DNA of 64,000 nucleotides from Candidatus Obscuribacterales bacterium (GTDB lineage Bacteria; Cyanobacteriota; Vampirovibrionia; Obscuribacterales; Obscuribacteraceae): NCBI GenBank assembly GCA_019746975.1, contig JAIERK010000130.1, positions 907 to 64,906 of the forward strand, read 5' to 3'. Shown piece by piece: positions 61,767 to 64,000 of this stretch (position 1 is its first letter; each line of letters starts with the position of its first letter). The notes under the pieces were generated by a model. It saw only the letters and a program-made list of their open reading frames with translations, ran no database searches and was not told where the DNA came from. The position numbers and the translations under genes were made by a program.

Positions 61767-63878
61767 CTAAGCGTGATGATTAGGCATTCTGGGTTGGGGA
61801 TTGTTGCTCAAGAAGCGCTCTAAAAATTCCGGTCCGCGAGAAGCCGCTTCGGCTCGACGGGCGCTCCATGCAGACAGGCGAGCGAGTGCTTCTCGTTGTT
61901 CGCTCTGTTCTTCGCTTCTGCGTTCTTGTTGTTGTCTATTTCGATCCTCACGTCCTTCGTCGGGCGGCTGATTTCCTCGACGCTGCTCTTCCGGCGTGAC
62001 CAGCCCGCCTCCTCTTGTGGCATTCGGGTTGTTGCGGTCGTAGTCCGTCCAGGCTTGGCTTGGTGTGGCATTACCACCATGGCGTGAGGGGTCGTCGAAC
62101 GCCATCGCTTGCCAGACTTCGTCAACAGAGCCAGCGCGATCGAAGTTGCGTCCCCATTGATTTGACGTGAACAGTCGTGGGCGTCCGTTCGCGTCCATGA
62201 CTGGTCTTCCATCGGCTCCGGTCTGGATCCATGCGCTGACTACGTGACCACCGCCGCGCCCTCCCATACCGTCGGAGCCTGTGAAATAACGATCGGCTGA
62301 GTGCGTGGAGATGACATTCCAGCGGCGCCCTTGCATCGCATCTAAAAGATCCTGTTGATTTCTGACTACGCGAATTGCTGGGTCTAGCGGTGCACCAGGT
62401 GTAAGCCACTGTTCTTGAGTGAGCATGAACTGTCCGGTGAGACCGAATTGTCTTCCCATGAAGGCTACTTCGTTGGCACCGACATTGGTGCCTGTGCCGA
62501 TGAATCGACCGGAGAATGGATTCGCTGCTCCGGGTACGAATGCGAAGCGGTTTTCTCTTTGAGCGTCTGAATCAGTGTAATATTGACCTCTTTGTTGCCA
62601 GAGATGGTTCAAACCTCCGCCTTGAAGAAGCTGGCCTGAGAAGTTCCGGACGCCGTCACGATTCTGCGCGCCTCGTGCGTCTGCGTGCGGTGTGAAGAAA
62701 GCCGGTGGAACCACCGCGCGGAAACCGTCATTGCCTGTGTAGGTTCCGTGCAATGCGACTTCTCTGAGTTGAGCCGTATAGCGTACTGGATCGAGCGTGC
62801 TTGAACCTTCCTGGAGGACAGCATAGTTGCAAGTACCGCGATTACCCTGGTCTATGTCCCTCGGACTAGAGACGTCGTTGACACCGCCGGCAATGGCAAG
62901 CTGGAGATTTTCTCTCGACATATCGGAGCGCATTGCGTTGTTCGGATCGAATCGGCGTTCTGCCATGGCAGCCATGTTTTCCAGGACTGCAACTTTCTGC
63001 GCTTGAGTGAGGTCTGTCCTGGCCATGAATGTAGCCAGATCTTCGTTGTACTGTTGTCGCACTTCTGCGGGTGCTGTTTCCATGAACCGAGTCAAATCAG
63101 TTCTCGCCTGTCGCTCTCGTTCTGGCAGATTGTTGTCGTTGACTTCGGAAGACAACGGCCCGCGCCGGTCGCCTCTAGCTCTTTGAAAATCGGTGAGATT
63201 GCCTGGCTCCCAGCGCGGAGTAAAGCCAAGGTTGGTACGGTCGACGGGAGTGCTGCCGGCGCCAGATCCCACGTCAGCGCGTTGTTCTAAATTGACGCGA
63301 CCGTCCGTCACACTGGTTGAAAGTGAGAGAGCAGTAGGCACGCTGGTGGTGCTGGTTACGCGAGTGTTGTCGGTGGCTACTGGCGTGCCGGCTGATTCTC
63401 CATTGGTTGATAGATTGGAGAACCAATCCATGCTGTTTGCGAACCAAGATGCCAGATGTTCTGGATGCTCAACACCGCCTATCAACGAAGACGAGTATGG
63501 ACTGCCGCAAAATAACGCTTCGGCTGTGACTGGATCAGAAATCGGAAGACCCAAAAGCTCCGCTTGCATTCTAAATTGATGCAGTGAATCTGCGACAAGC
63601 GTACTTCCGTCATCTTGTAATGAAGTCAGCTCTGTTTGTGACCGGGCAGGGTTACCCTCCGCTCGTTCGCCAGAGTCTTCATCTGAGTCGTCATTTTCAT
63701 TATCGTCTTCATTGTCATCGTTATCGCCGTGGTTGTTCAACAGGTGGCAATAAACCTCACTCGCCATCGCCCGGCTTGCCCCTTCAGCCATGCTTGAGTA
63801 GAGCGTCGAGTCAGGAGTTCTCTGTCGATCGGTTTGCGTAGTAGTCAAATTTTCAGGCGGTTGGTTGGCTATGGTCAT
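61767..63878 (-). CDS. hypothetical protein with calpain/papain-like cysteine peptidase catalytic motifs, acidic N-terminal and basic/acidic C-terminal low-complexity tails
   Basis: DIDQGNRGTCNY places Gln six residues before Cys350 (codon at 62829-62831). GGGHVVSAW holds His545 (62244-62246). TSNQWGRNF holds Asn573 (62160-62162) followed by x-W-G. The order and H-to-N spacing (28 aa) resemble calpain QG..GDCW / GHAY / NPWG. The N-terminus has DNDDNEDDNENDDSDEDSGE. Confidence 0.6.
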   Translation of the reverse strand: MTIANQPPENLTTTQTDRQRTPDSTLYSSMAEGASRAMASEVYCHLLNNHGDNDDNEDDNENDDSDEDSGERAEGNPARSQTELTSLQDDGSTLVADSLHQFRMQAELLGLPISDPVTAEALFCGSPYSSSLIGGVEHPEHLASWFANSMDWFSNLSTNGESAGTPVATDNTRVTSTTSVPTALSLSTSVTDGRVNLEQRADVGSGAGSTPVDRTNLGFTPRWEPGNLTDFQRARGDRRGPLSSEVNDNNLPERERQARTDLTRFMETAPAEVRQQYNEDLATFMARTDLTQAQKVAVLENMAAMAERRFDPNNAMRSDMSRENLQLAIAGGVNDVSSPRDIDQGNRGTCNYAVLQEGSSTLDPVRYTAQLREVALHGTYTGNDGFRAVVPPAFFTPHADARGAQNRDGVRNFSGQLLQGGGLNHLWQQRGQYYTDSDAQRENRFAFVPGAANPFSGRFIGTGTNVGANEVAFMGRQFGLTGQFMLTQEQWLTPGAPLDPAIRVVRNQQDLLDAMQGRRWNVISTHSADRYFTGSDGMGGRGGGHVVSAWIQTGADGRPVMDANGRPRLFTSNQWGRNFDRAGSVDEVWQAMAFDDPSRHGGNATPSQAWTDYDRNNPNATRGGGLVTPEEQRRGNQPPDEGREDRNRQQQERRSEEQSEQREALARLSAWSARRAEAASRGPEFLERFLSNNPQPRMPNHHA

Positions 63879-64000
63879 CGTGGGAGCCTCTTAACGTACT
63901 GAGCTTGCGTGGTAAGGGATGAACGGCGTGATAATTCAGTGCAGGAAGTCTAATATCGAAACCTAACCATTCCCTGACCAAAGCGGCGACAAAGATTAAA

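Noticed and set aside
63950-64000. Possible 3' end of a minus-strand gene entering from the right edge (…FNLCRRFGQGMVRFRY-stop)
   Set aside because: Only 16 codons are visible, which is far too little to call.
1-64000. Looked for CRISPR arrays, tRNA/rRNA genes, IS elements, integrases, prophage genes and recognisable defence-system cores
   Set aside because: I found no regularly spaced direct repeats with spacers, no tRNA T-arm/acceptor consensus in any intergenic gap, and no transposase or recombinase motifs. The window looks like core chromosome with lineage-specific unknown genes, not a mobile island.

Overview
Densely coding bacterial chromosomal DNA, roughly 50% GC by eye. I call 46 protein genes. 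I recognised no rRNA, tRNA, CRISPR array, integrase or transposase, and I cannot assign a taxon from the sequence alone.

Recognisable content, left to right:
- A truncated MBOAT O-acyltransferase at the left edge, which is missing from the ORF track.
- An alpha/beta hydrolase.
- A MazG-like NTP pyrophosphohydrolase directly upstream of an ASCH-GNAT-GNAT fusion.
- A complete uricolytic cluster: cofactor-independent uricase, divergent from allantoinase, allantoicase, OHCU decarboxylase and HIU hydrolase.
- Hydrolases, an LRV-repeat protein and an HpcH-type aldolase.
- A rhomboid-TPR protease and a polytopic spermidine-synthase-like protein.
- lipA, divergent from a four-gene 2-oxo-acid dehydrogenase operon (E1a, E1b, E2, E3).
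- An MsbA-like ABC exporter, a class V aminotransferase and mmsA.
- Two Ser/Thr kinases, a delta-9-type desaturase and a patatin-like lipase.
- An AAA_28 ATPase, an amidohydrolase and a methyltransferase.
- Glutamate dehydrogenase, an OPT transporter, a MOSC protein and an SDR.

Most interesting is an 11.4 kb same-strand block (25851-37290) of six genes. None has a family assignment I can make with confidence.
- Three are adjacent long all-helical, coiled-coil-type proteins. One is a 1685 aa giant with a roughly 1000 aa Pro/Glu/Ala/Ser-rich, presumably disordered centre.
- One is a Tpt1/KptA-like ADP-ribosyltransferase-fold ORF. It only gets a canonical start codon if a C8 homopolymer is read with one C fewer.
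- One is a secreted Met/Gln-rich protein built from six near-identical 63 bp repeats.
- One is a secreted protein with a TonB/TolA-C-like end.

Other leads:
- Two paralogous micro-proteins (signal peptide, then Y[IL]DP[GS]TG, a TM helix and a KPK tail) flank the methyltransferase.
- A 703 aa protein has a calpain/papain-like Q..C / H / N-x-W-G catalytic constellation.
- An AT-rich array of ATGCCT/AAGGCAT inverted repeats lies upstream of the second kinase.
- A degenerate 15-nt-periodic element is shared by at least two intergenic regions.

All functional calls rest on motif recognition from memory. No database search was possible.
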